64,000 nucleotides of DNA from Patescibacteria group bacterium (GCA_035545675.1 DASZYA010000001.1:237-64236); one strand, 5' to 3'; shown: positions 26,355-36,200, counted from the stretch's first letter. Numbers and translations are program-made. The notes: generated by a model from the sequence alone, not told the origin.

Positions 26355-27080
26355 ATGCCTTTTCTCGATAGAAAAATCTTATCACCCAACATCCATACTC
26401 CAGCACAAGAAATGGTTGAGTACAGAAAACTCGATCCATTAAGCCCTGAGGCTAAAAAACTACTAGTAAATTTGTTTGAACGCCGAATAGCAGCAATGAA
26501 GCCATCCGGAGAAGATGTTTCAACAGAATACAAAAGTCCCCTAAGTCTTGGGATAGACGAGGAAGGATTTGGAAACATAGCCAAATTTACCGATCTACTT
26601 GTTCTTACCCATTTAAGAGACGGAGTTCTGGTAGCAATGGATTTTTTGGTTGATGATAGAGAAAAATCCGGACCAAAAGGACACTATGATATTGATAAAG
26701 ATTATAGATATCTAAGATATATGAATAAAAACAAAAAAATTAGAGGCGCTTTTGTAGAGGACGAGAACGGGAAAAGAGGAGTAATCCTTGACACTTATGA
26801 ACTCAACCAAGTCTTATCAACAATCCCAGACCCTCAACAAAGAATTGATCTATTAAGCTCAACGATAGATGAATTTGGAGTTGATGTTTTACTTGGCGGA
26901 GATGGACCCCGCCACGTGGATGAATCTGGAAATCCACTGCTAGTAAGAGGGAGCACCTACGAAGAGTTAATTAGAAGTAGGCAAATCCAAAGGTTTGCAC
27001 AAAATAAAGGCTACTCCAACGCAGAACATATGAGATTTAGACTCTCAGGCCAAACTCCAGATGAATTTGAAAATAAATAA
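26355..27080 (+). CDS. uncharacterised protein, paralog B of the tandem pair
   Basis: 241 aa and colinear with the C-terminal two-thirds of paralog A. It lacks the TM segment. Confidence 0.55.
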   Translation: MPFLDRKILSPNIHTPAQEMVEYRKLDPLSPEAKKLLVNLFERRIAAMKPSGEDVSTEYKSPLSLGIDEEGFGNIAKFTDLLVLTHLRDGVLVAMDFLVDDREKSGPKGHYDIDKDYRYLRYMNKNKKIRGAFVEDENGKRGVILDTYELNQVLSTIPDPQQRIDLLSSTIDEFGVDVLLGGDGPRHVDESGNPLLVRGSTYEELIRSRQIQRFAQNKGYSNAEHMRFRLSGQTPDEFENK

Positions 27081-27202
27081 AGTTAATTTCTATTTCCTAA
27101 TTCTTAATTTCTAATCAATTACTAATTTCAAATTTTAAAATTAAAATTCAATAAGAATTAAAAATTCAGTGGAGCTATAAGCTATAAGCTATACGCTATA
27201 CG

Positions 27203-27433
27203 CTATTTAAATTCTGAGGCTTTTTTTGCTTGGAGCTTAATTGAGGCTTTTGCGTTTATGATTGCCGCTAGATCTTCTTCTCTTCCGAACTTCTTTGGTG
27301 CAATGAGAAAGAAATTTGTCTCGTCCGATGGGTCATAAAAAACCTTGAGCTCATCCATGCTTGCATGATTTACATCAAGCACAATGCTGGCGTCAACGAG
27401 TCCACTTAGTCTAACAAAATCCATAAAAAACAT
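27203..27433 (-). CDS. small hypothetical protein
   Basis: 76-aa ORF. Weak support. Confidence 0.3.
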   Translation of the reverse strand: MFFMDFVRLSGLVDASIVLDVNHASMDELKVFYDPSDETNFFLIAPKKFGREEDLAAIINAKASIKLQAKKASEFK

Positions 27434-27468
27434 TATACCGGTTTAAAACCTAAATTACCATTAATAAA

Positions 27469-28209
27469 TTAATAAGAAAATTTTGGCCTTGGCGGTTCAT
27501 AAAACATCTTACGAGCAATATCTATAACTCTACTATGAATCTTAGAGGCATAAGAAGCCCCTATAACCATTGCATCCGAATTTTCTTCCGCCGACACGAT
27601 AGAGCGATACCTCGCATTTAACAAATCACTTCCGTCTGTTGGGCTTGGAGGAACTAACAAAGGAAGATACTCCTCCAAAAATCCATGTTCTCTTGCAAAA
27701 CTAAAGGCAAGCCTTGTATCTCTTGTCTGTCCTTCAAGATTTTCCACTTCTAACATTGCCATTTCAATAGCTTGATTTTCAATTCCTCTGTAAACTGCTG
27801 CACCCACATTCATAGCAACGGTTCCCATATCATAGAAGCCCATTCCGAGATTGCGATATACTTTAGCATTTATCCTATCCAAAGTAACAGTTGAAGCTTG
27901 AAATAAGGGAAGCGCCCATTGGGTCTTAAGATAGTAACCAACAGCCCTAATAGGCGTGAGAGGTGCTTCCCAACCCGGAATGTTACTTTCATTTAAACCG
28001 TACATCTCCCTGGTTCTAACCAAGTCGTTAGCTACCTCTAATCTGTTTAATTCTAACTGTCTTATGGCAGGGTAATAAAGTCCATCTATAGAATCTTCAG
28101 TTAAGCCAATATAGTTTTGTCCTATTGATCTTATTTCTTGCTCTTTAAAGCCATAAACGTGAATTATACAATAATTTTTACTAATTGGTATATTGACAGA
28201 AAATTTCAA
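27469..28209 (-). CDS. hypothetical protein
   Basis: 246-aa ORF. No recognised motifs. Confidence 0.45.
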   Translation of the reverse strand: MKFSVNIPISKNYCIIHVYGFKEQEIRSIGQNYIGLTEDSIDGLYYPAIRQLELNRLEVANDLVRTREMYGLNESNIPGWEAPLTPIRAVGYYLKTQWALPLFQASTVTLDRINAKVYRNLGMGFYDMGTVAMNVGAAVYRGIENQAIEMAMLEVENLEGQTRDTRLAFSFAREHGFLEEYLPLLVPPSPTDGSDLLNARYRSIVSAEENSDAMVIGASYASKIHSRVIDIARKMFYEPPRPKFSY

Positions 28210-28227
28210 TTATTCTACGCTATTTAT

Positions 28228-28755
28228 ATGAGAGATCTCAGCAAGTATTGGTCAGGAGTCATGATAAGAGGAATTATTGCAATTCTTTTTGGTCTTGTTG
28301 CTCTCTTTGCTCCAACTCTTGCACTTGAATTCCTAGTGCTTCTTTTTGGAGCATTTGCGCTAGTAGATGGAGTTGTAGCATTCTTCCTGGGAATGTCTGC
28401 AAAATCCGGAATTCTTATGCTAGAAGGAATAGTTGGCGTCTTGGTTGGATTATATATATTCTTCTTTACAGGACCAGCAGTACTTATATTCTTGCTCTTA
28501 ATTGCTGTTTGGGCAATTGTAACAGGAATTCTTGAAATCATGGCCGGAATTACAATTAGAAAACACCTAGATGATGAAATATTCCTGCTCATTGTTGGAG
28601 TAATTTCTGTAATCTTTGGATTCTGGGTATATACAAACCCAATTGCTTCTGCGATTGCTATATCTTGGGCAATTGGAGTATACGCAATAATCTTTGGAAT
28701 CTTCCTCCTTCTCCTCTCCCACAAGCTCAAGAGCTATCTACCAAAAAAGAGGTAA
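28228..28755 (+). CDS. HdeD/DUF308-family membrane protein
   Basis: Starting at the internal Met (MRDLSKYWSGVMIRGIIAILFGLVALFAPTLALEFLVLLFGAFALVDGVVAFF...) there are repeated paired TM hairpins typical of HdeD. The track ORF start at 28138 would overlap the convergent gene. Confidence 0.6.
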   Translation: MRDLSKYWSGVMIRGIIAILFGLVALFAPTLALEFLVLLFGAFALVDGVVAFFLGMSAKSGILMLEGIVGVLVGLYIFFFTGPAVLIFLLLIAVWAIVTGILEIMAGITIRKHLDDEIFLLIVGVISVIFGFWVYTNPIASAIAISWAIGVYAIIFGIFLLLLSHKLKSYLPKKR

Positions 28756-28866
28756 ACCTCTTTTTAATTTTTAATTCTTATTTATTAGTTCTTATTGAAT
28801 TTTTAATTTTAAATCTGAAAATTAGCGGTAATTAAATTCCAAAGATCTAATATCTAGGATCTAAGA

Positions 28867-29394
28867 TCAAATCTTAAAGACTATGCGGGTTTTGAGCTTT
28901 CTTTCTATTGTTTGCTCTATTACACTCTGTACGTGTAATTCGTCACGAAATACTGTCTTTCCATCCCAAAATCCCAATAGAGATAGGAGCTTTGCCTGAA
29001 AATAGGCAAGGGTTTTTTCTTCTTCTGCCACATTTAGCGCTCGTTCCATAAGGTCAAATACATCTTCGTGCTTTTCTCCATAAGGCATAATTGCCTCTAT
29101 AAGTTCGCACATAAGAAATACCTTACGAATATTTTTAAGATCATATTTGAGTGAGTTAAATGAGTCAATAAGCGATACCTCTGTAAGAACATGGTTCTTA
29201 CTAGACTTAACCGCTTGAAAATTAACAAGATTGAGAAGCTCAACGGATCCTGCGCGGCGAGAAGTAATCTTTCTTACTCCACGAGCAAGAACTTCTATTC
29301 TACCGTTGTTCTTTGTAAATAATGTGAGGTATCGATCCGAATCTCCAAAGTTTATTCTTTTAATTACGAAGCCCTGATCCTTAAGGTATTGCAT
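28867..29394 (-). CDS. recO: DNA repair protein RecO (short form)
   Basis: The N-terminal OB-fold pattern GFVIKRINFGDSDRYLTLFTKNNGRIEVLARGVRKITSRRAGSVELLNLVNF matches RecO. It is 175 aa and lacks an obvious zinc finger. Confidence 0.65.
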   Translation of the reverse strand: MQYLKDQGFVIKRINFGDSDRYLTLFTKNNGRIEVLARGVRKITSRRAGSVELLNLVNFQAVKSSKNHVLTEVSLIDSFNSLKYDLKNIRKVFLMCELIEAIMPYGEKHEDVFDLMERALNVAEEEKTLAYFQAKLLSLLGFWDGKTVFRDELHVQSVIEQTIERKLKTRIVFKI

Positions 29395-29427
29395 ACTTGT
29401 ATCCCAAAACTACAAGGTTTGGTTATT

Positions 29428-31494
29428 TTAGATCTTTAGGTTAAATGTCTTATCTGCTCTAAGATCAAAAGCGTCTGTCTTTCTACCATTTACATATATC
29501 TCAAATGGAATATCTGATACTCCGGGTTGTTTCTGAATCATAACCGGTAATACTCCGTTTGTGACTTTGAAAGGTAATTTGTAAGTATAGGTCATAGTTG
29601 CTATACCAAGTGGGTTAACCGTAAAGAATGATTCAAAATAGGTCTTTCCAAGGTCTTCCTTGGTCTCTACTTTTACCTGAGACCCTTTGCTTGAGATAAG
29701 CTGTGAACCTTTTGGAACGTATACTCTTTGAAAATCACGAAGTATGGCGTTTAGACAAAGTCCTCCACTCTCAAGGTTACAATCTGAATACTTTTCTGGA
29801 TTCTTATAGTTAATAGTAAGTGTCTTTGTAATCTCACCATTACTTGCCACGTTATAATCCATACGAGCCGCTTGCTGTACGTACATATTGGACTTTGCTC
29901 CCCCAAAGTTTGCATCATTTATATGTAGGTAGTCTCCATCGAACGGCTTAATCTGACCTGCCCAATTAAGCGCTTCAATACCACTTTGTGCATCTTTATT
30001 GTTAAGAGAGAAGAGAACGTGCTTTTCTGAAGCATTCTTGATAGCTGCTTGGAATAATGGACCCCAATAAATCTTTGGTGACACGCCCATAGCCTTTTGC
30101 ATTGTTGCATAAAGAAGATCTGCAACTATTGCCTTTCTATTTTCTCTTACGTAGCCTACAGGCTTTGTGGTATTTTGCTCGAGCTGGTAAACAACCTGAG
30201 GACAATTACATGCTGGATCAATATCTGCCGTAAAGTGTTGGCCATCTGTATCTACTCCGCCAAGAATTCTAATAATATCTACCAAGAATTGAGTATCAAT
30301 AGCTATTATTCCGTCTACGTCAGTTTTTTGTGATGATTTAGCGTAGTAACTTCTAAATGCATCCATAGACTTTTGGAAATCTGGAGAAAGATTAATATCA
30401 CGAATATTCTGAGTTGGTACCTTTGGAAGGTATTTAAGTATGATAGGATCTGCTGTTGGATGATAAGAAATACTATCATCAAGCTTATAAATATCGGAAG
30501 AATTATCAATATGAATTACTCCTTCTTCTATTCTAAATATTGAATAGAAAGTTAAGAATCCTCCTGTTGGACGAAGCTCTTTATCATTTTGGAATATAAC
30601 AAGATACTTCTTTGCTTTATCTGCACCAAGAAGCTCTGGTAATACTTTTATAAGAGGCTTACCCTGCTGAACAGCAAGAGCTCCACCATCTACTAAGGTT
30701 TTAACTGTTGTTATTTGACCACGAACCTTCTTGAAAGGACCAAAGTTAGGATATCTATTAATGTTTACCTGATCCATATCCTTTTGCGCTGCTGTTACTT
30801 CTTTTTCTATATCATCAATCTTTGGAGTAACTTTGCTCATAGAGGTGATTGCGGTCCTAATTCTCTCTTCTGCTGATCCACCAACAAAGCTTCCTTGCCC
30901 TTTAAGACCAAGAACATCTGCGTATGGAATAAGAGAATCTGCTGTTATGATACCTGCATTTATACCGTGGATTCCTGCTGATACCATATGGTCTGCATCT
31001 GATACATATCCCCCAAAGAAGGGAACATAGCGTAAGAATCCTATACCCTGTATATCTTTTTCTAGAATTTGTGCTTCTGTTTTTGTTTTAACTAATTGAT
31101 CCTTTGCGTCTACTATGTTTTGCTGTTTTGCTGCGGTTGCTGCGAGTCTTGCTTGTGCTTCTACTTTTTTAGCTTGCTTATATATTTGAAAGGCTTTAAC
31201 GCTTGAATAGATACCAACTAAAACAAACAATCCTACAACCACCGCTATGATTGATAGCACCTTCTTGTTGATTTTTATTCTTGGTTTTTTAGAACTCATA
31301 TTTAATTGAGCGCGAGTACTTTTGAAGGGTTCCGGCGGCTTAGTAGCCGATTTTGCTCCCCCTACAGGCTCAAAGTTAATTTTTTTAAATCCGGCTTCCT
31401 CCATAAATACACTTGCCCGCCTAAAATAGTCGGATTTACCCGACCACGAATTATATTGTAAACAAATTGATACAAATATTGCAAGCCCAACCAA
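29428..31494 (-). CDS. large membrane-anchored extracellular protein of unknown function
   Basis: 688 aa. A basic N-terminus and one TM helix (VLSIIAVVVGLFVLVGIYS) precede a long coiled-coil and a large soluble domain. The start could be a downstream Met (MEEAGF or MSSKKP). Confidence 0.5.
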   Translation of the reverse strand: MVGLAIFVSICLQYNSWSGKSDYFRRASVFMEEAGFKKINFEPVGGAKSATKPPEPFKSTRAQLNMSSKKPRIKINKKVLSIIAVVVGLFVLVGIYSSVKAFQIYKQAKKVEAQARLAATAAKQQNIVDAKDQLVKTKTEAQILEKDIQGIGFLRYVPFFGGYVSDADHMVSAGIHGINAGIITADSLIPYADVLGLKGQGSFVGGSAEERIRTAITSMSKVTPKIDDIEKEVTAAQKDMDQVNINRYPNFGPFKKVRGQITTVKTLVDGGALAVQQGKPLIKVLPELLGADKAKKYLVIFQNDKELRPTGGFLTFYSIFRIEEGVIHIDNSSDIYKLDDSISYHPTADPIILKYLPKVPTQNIRDINLSPDFQKSMDAFRSYYAKSSQKTDVDGIIAIDTQFLVDIIRILGGVDTDGQHFTADIDPACNCPQVVYQLEQNTTKPVGYVRENRKAIVADLLYATMQKAMGVSPKIYWGPLFQAAIKNASEKHVLFSLNNKDAQSGIEALNWAGQIKPFDGDYLHINDANFGGAKSNMYVQQAARMDYNVASNGEITKTLTINYKNPEKYSDCNLESGGLCLNAILRDFQRVYVPKGSQLISSKGSQVKVETKEDLGKTYFESFFTVNPLGIATMTYTYKLPFKVTNGVLPVMIQKQPGVSDIPFEIYVNGRKTDAFDLRADKTFNLKI

Positions 31495-31652
31495 CTACAA
31501 TCTAGCCTCACCGAACCTAAACTATGGGCTAAAATTAAATTAAAATATTAAAACATTAACTGATTAAAGATTAATAAATTACGATCGTGAATCATGAGCA
31601 TGAATTAAGGATTATGAATTCAGTCTGTAAGCTATAAGCTATAAGCTAATTA

Positions 31653-32291
31653 TCACATTGCGCCTTTTCCGGAGAGGATTGCGATGGGAGTTTTTAGCAT
31701 TATCCAAAGATCATAGATAATTGATCTCCTTTTGGCATAATCTGCATCAAGATGGATTCTTTTATCAAAATTAATTCCAGATCTTCCTGATACCTGCCAA
31801 ACGCCAGTTATACCTGGCTTGACAGACAACACAATTTTTACTGCGTCTTTTGTTGTAGGATATTCCTTTTGCTGGTCACGAATCTCATCCGGATAATATG
31901 CACGTGGCCCAACCAGACTCATATCTCCTTTTAGCGAATTTAGAAATTGTGGAAATTCATCAATTGAATATTTTCTAATAAATCTTCCTACTTTTGTAAT
32001 TCTTGGGTCTCCCTTTAATTTGTAACCGCCTTTTTTGTATTCTTCATAGAGCTTTTTGAATTCCGGATCTTTTACAAGCATTTCGTGCGCATTTTTCATC
32101 ATTGAGCGAAACTTATACATCCTGAATAACTTTCCGTCCCTTCCTACCCTCATTGGGGTATCAGCTAGTATTGGCCCTTTTGAATCTAGCTTTATAGCAA
32201 TTGCCGTAACAATAAAAAGCGGGGTAAAAGCAATAAGAAGAATTATTGAGAAGATAATATCTATTAGTCTTTTTGCCGGGTCGTACAACAT
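31653..32291 (-). CDS. initiating phosphoglycosyl transferase (bacterial sugar transferase, WbaP/PglC-like small form)
   Basis: 212 aa with one N-terminal TM and the motif EFPQFLNSLKGDMSLVGPRAYYPDE, which is the Bac_transf signature. Confidence 0.85.
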   Translation of the reverse strand: MLYDPAKRLIDIIFSIILLIAFTPLFIVTAIAIKLDSKGPILADTPMRVGRDGKLFRMYKFRSMMKNAHEMLVKDPEFKKLYEEYKKGGYKLKGDPRITKVGRFIRKYSIDEFPQFLNSLKGDMSLVGPRAYYPDEIRDQQKEYPTTKDAVKIVLSVKPGITGVWQVSGRSGINFDKRIHLDADYAKRRSIIYDLWIMLKTPIAILSGKGAM

Positions 32292-32353
32292 AAATTAGTA
32301 AATTGTTAATAGTGAATAGTTAATAGTAATTACCATAAACCATAAACAATTAA

Positions 32354-33436
32354 CTACGTTAGGTTTTCGTGCTCTGTACCAGCAAGGCTTTCTACGAGTT
32401 TTTTGATTTTTGGAGCAGAGTCTTTATTGCATATTAATAAAACATCATCCGTATTGATAACTATCATTCCATCTAAATCAATTCCCGCAGTAAGTTGATC
32501 CGTATAATTAAAAACAAGATTATCTTTTGAATCTGTAAGAAGAACTTTTCCTCTCACTACATTCTCAGCGCTTTCTATTTGAAGAGCTTCTTTTAGCGCT
32601 TCCCAAGCACCAACGTCACTCCATCCAAGATCTGCTGCAATTACCAGCACATTGCTTGGGTCTAGCTTTTCCAAGACTGCGTCGTCAAAACTAATTTTTT
32701 CTAATTTGGGATATTCTTCCTTCATGACACCCTCAAAATCAGAAGTTTGATAAGCATCCTGAATCTTTTTTACTCCTCCATAAATTGATGGAGCAAACTT
32801 CTCAAAGCTTTTTAGGACAAAACTAGCAGTTGTTACAAAGTAACCAGGGTTCCAGGCAAATGAATCGCTTTCCAAGAAATGTTGAGCATCAGCCAGGCTT
32901 GGTCTGTAGATGAGGCGCTTAAATTGGAAAATCTTTGTATCTCTAATTGTCTTTATTTCTTCTCCAAATTCCAACCAACCAAGATTTTGATTTGCAAAAC
33001 GGGCGCGTTGTCCAATAAAAACTAAACGATCAGGATCTTCATTAACTAACTCTTCAGCAAAGGCAAGCACCTCTCTAAATCTTCTCTCTTTTTTTACAAA
33101 ATGATCACTCCATATGATTGCAATTGGTTCATTTGGATGATCTTTTCCGATTATCGCACAAGCTGTGGCAACTGCCGGACCAACATCTCTTACTTCTGGT
33201 TCAAATATAAAGTTCTCGCGTGGTATTTGTGGAAGCTGTTCTTGAATAATATCCTGATACTTTTCTCCTGTAGAAACGTAAATATCTTCCGGCTTAAAGT
33301 CTGGGTAAAGCCTATCTACTGCCAATTGGAGAGTAGATTTATCACCAGAAATTTTTTCAAATTGCTTTGGAGCATTCTTACGAGATATAGGCCAAAGCCT
33401 TGTTCCTACTCCTCCTGCAAAAATAACTGCTTTCAT
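32354..33436 (-). CDS. manC: mannose-1-phosphate guanylyltransferase (GDP-mannose pyrophosphorylase)-like nucleotidyltransferase
   Basis: The N-terminus MKAVIFAGGVGTRLWPISRKNAPKQF is the NTP-transferase signature typical of ManC. 360 aa. Confidence 0.75.
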   Translation of the reverse strand: MKAVIFAGGVGTRLWPISRKNAPKQFEKISGDKSTLQLAVDRLYPDFKPEDIYVSTGEKYQDIIQEQLPQIPRENFIFEPEVRDVGPAVATACAIIGKDHPNEPIAIIWSDHFVKKERRFREVLAFAEELVNEDPDRLVFIGQRARFANQNLGWLEFGEEIKTIRDTKIFQFKRLIYRPSLADAQHFLESDSFAWNPGYFVTTASFVLKSFEKFAPSIYGGVKKIQDAYQTSDFEGVMKEEYPKLEKISFDDAVLEKLDPSNVLVIAADLGWSDVGAWEALKEALQIESAENVVRGKVLLTDSKDNLVFNYTDQLTAGIDLDGMIVINTDDVLLICNKDSAPKIKKLVESLAGTEHENLT

Positions 33437-33467
33437 AGATTAAGTATAAAGTATCGAGTATGAAGTA

Positions 33468-34616
33468 TTAAGTATAAATTTCATTAACAATACTTAATAT
33501 TTTCTTCTCGAATTGTTCGAAAGAAAAGCGCTTAGCATTTCTTCTACAATCAGAACTATTATAACGGCTTGCCTTAAAGCTTTTCAATACCTCAGACAAG
33601 GCTGCAACTGTCTGTTTATCAAAAAACTCACCAGTTTTTCCCTCAATTACTATCTCTTCTGCTCCTCCGCCCCTGTATGCTATGACTGGAATTCCTGACG
33701 CATTTGCTTCTACCATTACTAATCCAAAATCTTCCACACCTGGAAATATTAAAGCCTTCGCGTTAGCATAATAATGTTTCAAATCCTGATCACTTACGTA
33801 CTTGATCATTTCAACAGTGTTACCAGCAATTTTTTCTAATTTTGCATACTCACTACCTGAACCTATAACTATCAACTTTAAACCGAGTTTATTTGCAGCC
33901 TTTATTGCTAGCTCAACTTTTTTATAAGGAACTAGCCTTGAAACAACGAGGAAGTATGATTTGTGATTTATGATTGATGATTGATGATTTTTTTTATTCA
34001 TTAATCTTTTATCCTTAATCTTTAATCCTTTCTTTATTGGTTTTATCATAAGGGGTGGATAAATAATATCCGAATCCAAATCATAATATTTTTTAATTCT
34101 TCTTCTTACTGTTTCTGATATTCCAACAATTTTATCTGGTCTACGCGCTGCAATCTTATCCCAAAACCTAAGATACATAACAAAGGGAAGACTAATAAGC
34201 CTCAACGTTTGGTCTGAAAAGTACTCCTCATATCCGCTCCATAAATAGCGAGTTGGGGTAAGAATTATTGATATGTGATATGTGCCGGGCTTTGTAATAA
34301 TACCCTTACCTGCCTCTGATGTAACTGAAATAACCAAATCAAACTTTTCAAAATTAAATGATTCAAATGCAAATGGCATAAGAGGCGCAATGGATTCATG
34401 ATGAGTTGAAGCAAGAGGTATTTTTTGCAAAAAAGAATTCACAACCGGGATTTTCTTAGCCCAAGATGCACGATCATTTTTATAAACAGATGTATAAAGA
34501 ATGCTATCTGGAAATATTTTTCTCAGAGCAATTATTACACGTTCTGCTCCTCCCCACTTATTTACACGATCATATACTAGAGCTACTTTTATTTTTTTAT
34601 CTTGAAGCATTTTCAA
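33468..34616 (-). CDS. GT4-family glycosyltransferase
   Basis: GT-B architecture. The C-terminal Glycos_transf_1 motifs are ALIFPGVEDFGLVMVEANASGIPVIA and GKTGEFF. A Lys-rich low-complexity linker contains a GATTGAT tandem repeat and an A8 tract. Confidence 0.8.
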   Translation of the reverse strand: MKMLQDKKIKVALVYDRVNKWGGAERVIIALRKIFPDSILYTSVYKNDRASWAKKIPVVNSFLQKIPLASTHHESIAPLMPFAFESFNFEKFDLVISVTSEAGKGIITKPGTYHISIILTPTRYLWSGYEEYFSDQTLRLISLPFVMYLRFWDKIAARRPDKIVGISETVRRRIKKYYDLDSDIIYPPLMIKPIKKGLKIKDKRLMNKKNHQSSIINHKSYFLVVSRLVPYKKVELAIKAANKLGLKLIVIGSGSEYAKLEKIAGNTVEMIKYVSDQDLKHYYANAKALIFPGVEDFGLVMVEANASGIPVIAYRGGGAEEIVIEGKTGEFFDKQTVAALSEVLKSFKASRYNSSDCRRNAKRFSFEQFEKKILSIVNEIYT

Positions 34617-34638
34617 GAATTATAGCAGAATTGAGGCT

Positions 34639-35757
34639 CTACTGAACGCTTTCGTAGACTTGAAGCGTCTCTTTTGCCATTTTCTTCCAAGAAAAATCTT
34701 TTGCCCTCTTTTTACCCTGTTTAATTAATTCATCGCGAGACCTATCAATAAGAGAAAATGCAAAACCTATTTTTTGTTTCATATCATCAATATTATTTGG
34801 ATTAAAATAAATTGCTGCACTTTCACAGACCTCTCTATGCACGGGAATATCAGATGCTACAACCGGACACCCACAACTCAAAGCCTCAACGGCGGTTAGA
34901 GAAAAACCCTCCATAAGGGACGGAATTATAGTTGCCTTCGCGTTTTTATAAAGCCAAACAAGATCATCATCCGTTGGACTCTCTACAAACACAATATTAT
35001 TGTTAAGTAATTTATCATTTATGAGCTTTTCGATCCTCTTAAAAAAGTGGTCTCTGCCTCCTACTAAAACAAGTTTTGCGTCTTTGTTTTCATATGAATC
35101 ATATACAAAATCACGAAAAGCCTGGATAAGCGCTTCCACATTTTTATGAGGATAGAAATTTCCAATACGCAAAAGATATTCTCCATTTATTAGATCTTTT
35201 GCTTTTGTTTTGGGCTCTACTTCCAAAAACCCTCCTTCATATGTAACTACAATTTTTTTGTCTGAAACGTTTAGGTAACTTTTCTGAATATCTTTTTTAA
35301 CAGAAAGGCTTGGAACGATTATCTTTTTTGATCTGTAGATAGAGTTTGCCATAACTGTATGATATCCAAATCTTTTCCCTATATATAAAGGCAATGGCAA
35401 AGTAGATGCCCGTCCCGTGTTAAAAGTGTTGACTATTAAATCATGTACTGTTACAACAAATGGCTTGTAATAAAAGATTGGAACAGAAAAATAAGGAAAG
35501 TGCATAAGATCCAAGTCCTGACTGTTTAAAATCTTTGGTAGATTTATTTGCTCAGAAACACCATGCCAAGGAATATTAACCTGAACAATTGACCACCGAC
35601 CATTTACAATTGACTTGATTTCAGACACATTTTGGGGAAGTGAAAAAACCACATATTCATTTTTTTTATCAATTTGAGATAAATTTGAAATTAGATTGCG
35701 GATATATCTACCCACACCACTCTGACTCCAAAGTCTTGCATCGATTCCAATTCGCAT
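34639..35757 (-). CDS. GT4-family glycosyltransferase
   Basis: ATIIPSLMEGFSLTAVEALSCGCPVVASDIPVHREV is the retaining GT4 EX7E-type motif region. Confidence 0.8.
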   Translation of the reverse strand: MRIGIDARLWSQSGVGRYIRNLISNLSQIDKKNEYVVFSLPQNVSEIKSIVNGRWSIVQVNIPWHGVSEQINLPKILNSQDLDLMHFPYFSVPIFYYKPFVVTVHDLIVNTFNTGRASTLPLPLYIGKRFGYHTVMANSIYRSKKIIVPSLSVKKDIQKSYLNVSDKKIVVTYEGGFLEVEPKTKAKDLINGEYLLRIGNFYPHKNVEALIQAFRDFVYDSYENKDAKLVLVGGRDHFFKRIEKLINDKLLNNNIVFVESPTDDDLVWLYKNAKATIIPSLMEGFSLTAVEALSCGCPVVASDIPVHREVCESAAIYFNPNNIDDMKQKIGFAFSLIDRSRDELIKQGKKRAKDFSWKKMAKETLQVYESVQ

Positions 35758-35781
35758 ATTAGTTATTAACGAGTTAAAGCG

Positions 35782-36171
35782 TTAACGTGTTTTATATTCT
35801 TTATCATTTTTTTTATTTGTTAAATAACTTATAAATTTCCCAATTTTAACAGCGAGTACATCCAGTCTATCATTAACCTCATTAAATTCCGCCTGGGTTA
35901 TATATTTTAGCTTAAGCGATATATATAACTGCGTTTTCACCTCTCCCAACGATCCTTTCGAAATTCTTAAAAATCTAATAAGATCGTTATTATTACTTAT
36001 TTCAAACCCTTCAGCAATATTTGATGGAATTGAAACAACTGCTCTTCTTACTTGATCTCTTAAACCAAAGTCTCGAGAAAAAACCGTTTTATTAGTTAAA
36101 TCATAGACAAACAAAACTACATCTATGCTTAACTGCCAAATCTCTAAATCTTTAAAACTATTTATTTTCAT
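35782..36171 (-). CDS. four-helix-bundle protein (TIGR02436 / 23S rRNA IVS-protein family)
   Basis: 129 aa. FKDLEIWQLSIDVVLFVY...SIPSNIAEGF...KGSLGEVKTQLYISL is the family signature. The gene is bracketed by TTAACGAGTTAA inverted repeats (35766-35777 and 36193-36204). Confidence 0.75.
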   Translation of the reverse strand: MKINSFKDLEIWQLSIDVVLFVYDLTNKTVFSRDFGLRDQVRRAVVSIPSNIAEGFEISNNNDLIRFLRISKGSLGEVKTQLYISLKLKYITQAEFNEVNDRLDVLAVKIGKFISYLTNKKNDKEYKTR

Positions 36172-36200
36172 AACTCGTTAACTCGGCTCCCGTTAACTCG

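Noticed and set aside
27081-27202. Possible CRISPR array or tRNA in repeat-rich spacers (also 12414-12546, 31495-31652, 38276-38394)
   Set aside because: The repeats are short (7-18 nt), AT-rich, irregularly spaced and lack 25-40-nt unique spacers. No cloverleaf-compatible GC-rich segment was seen. No cas genes are nearby.
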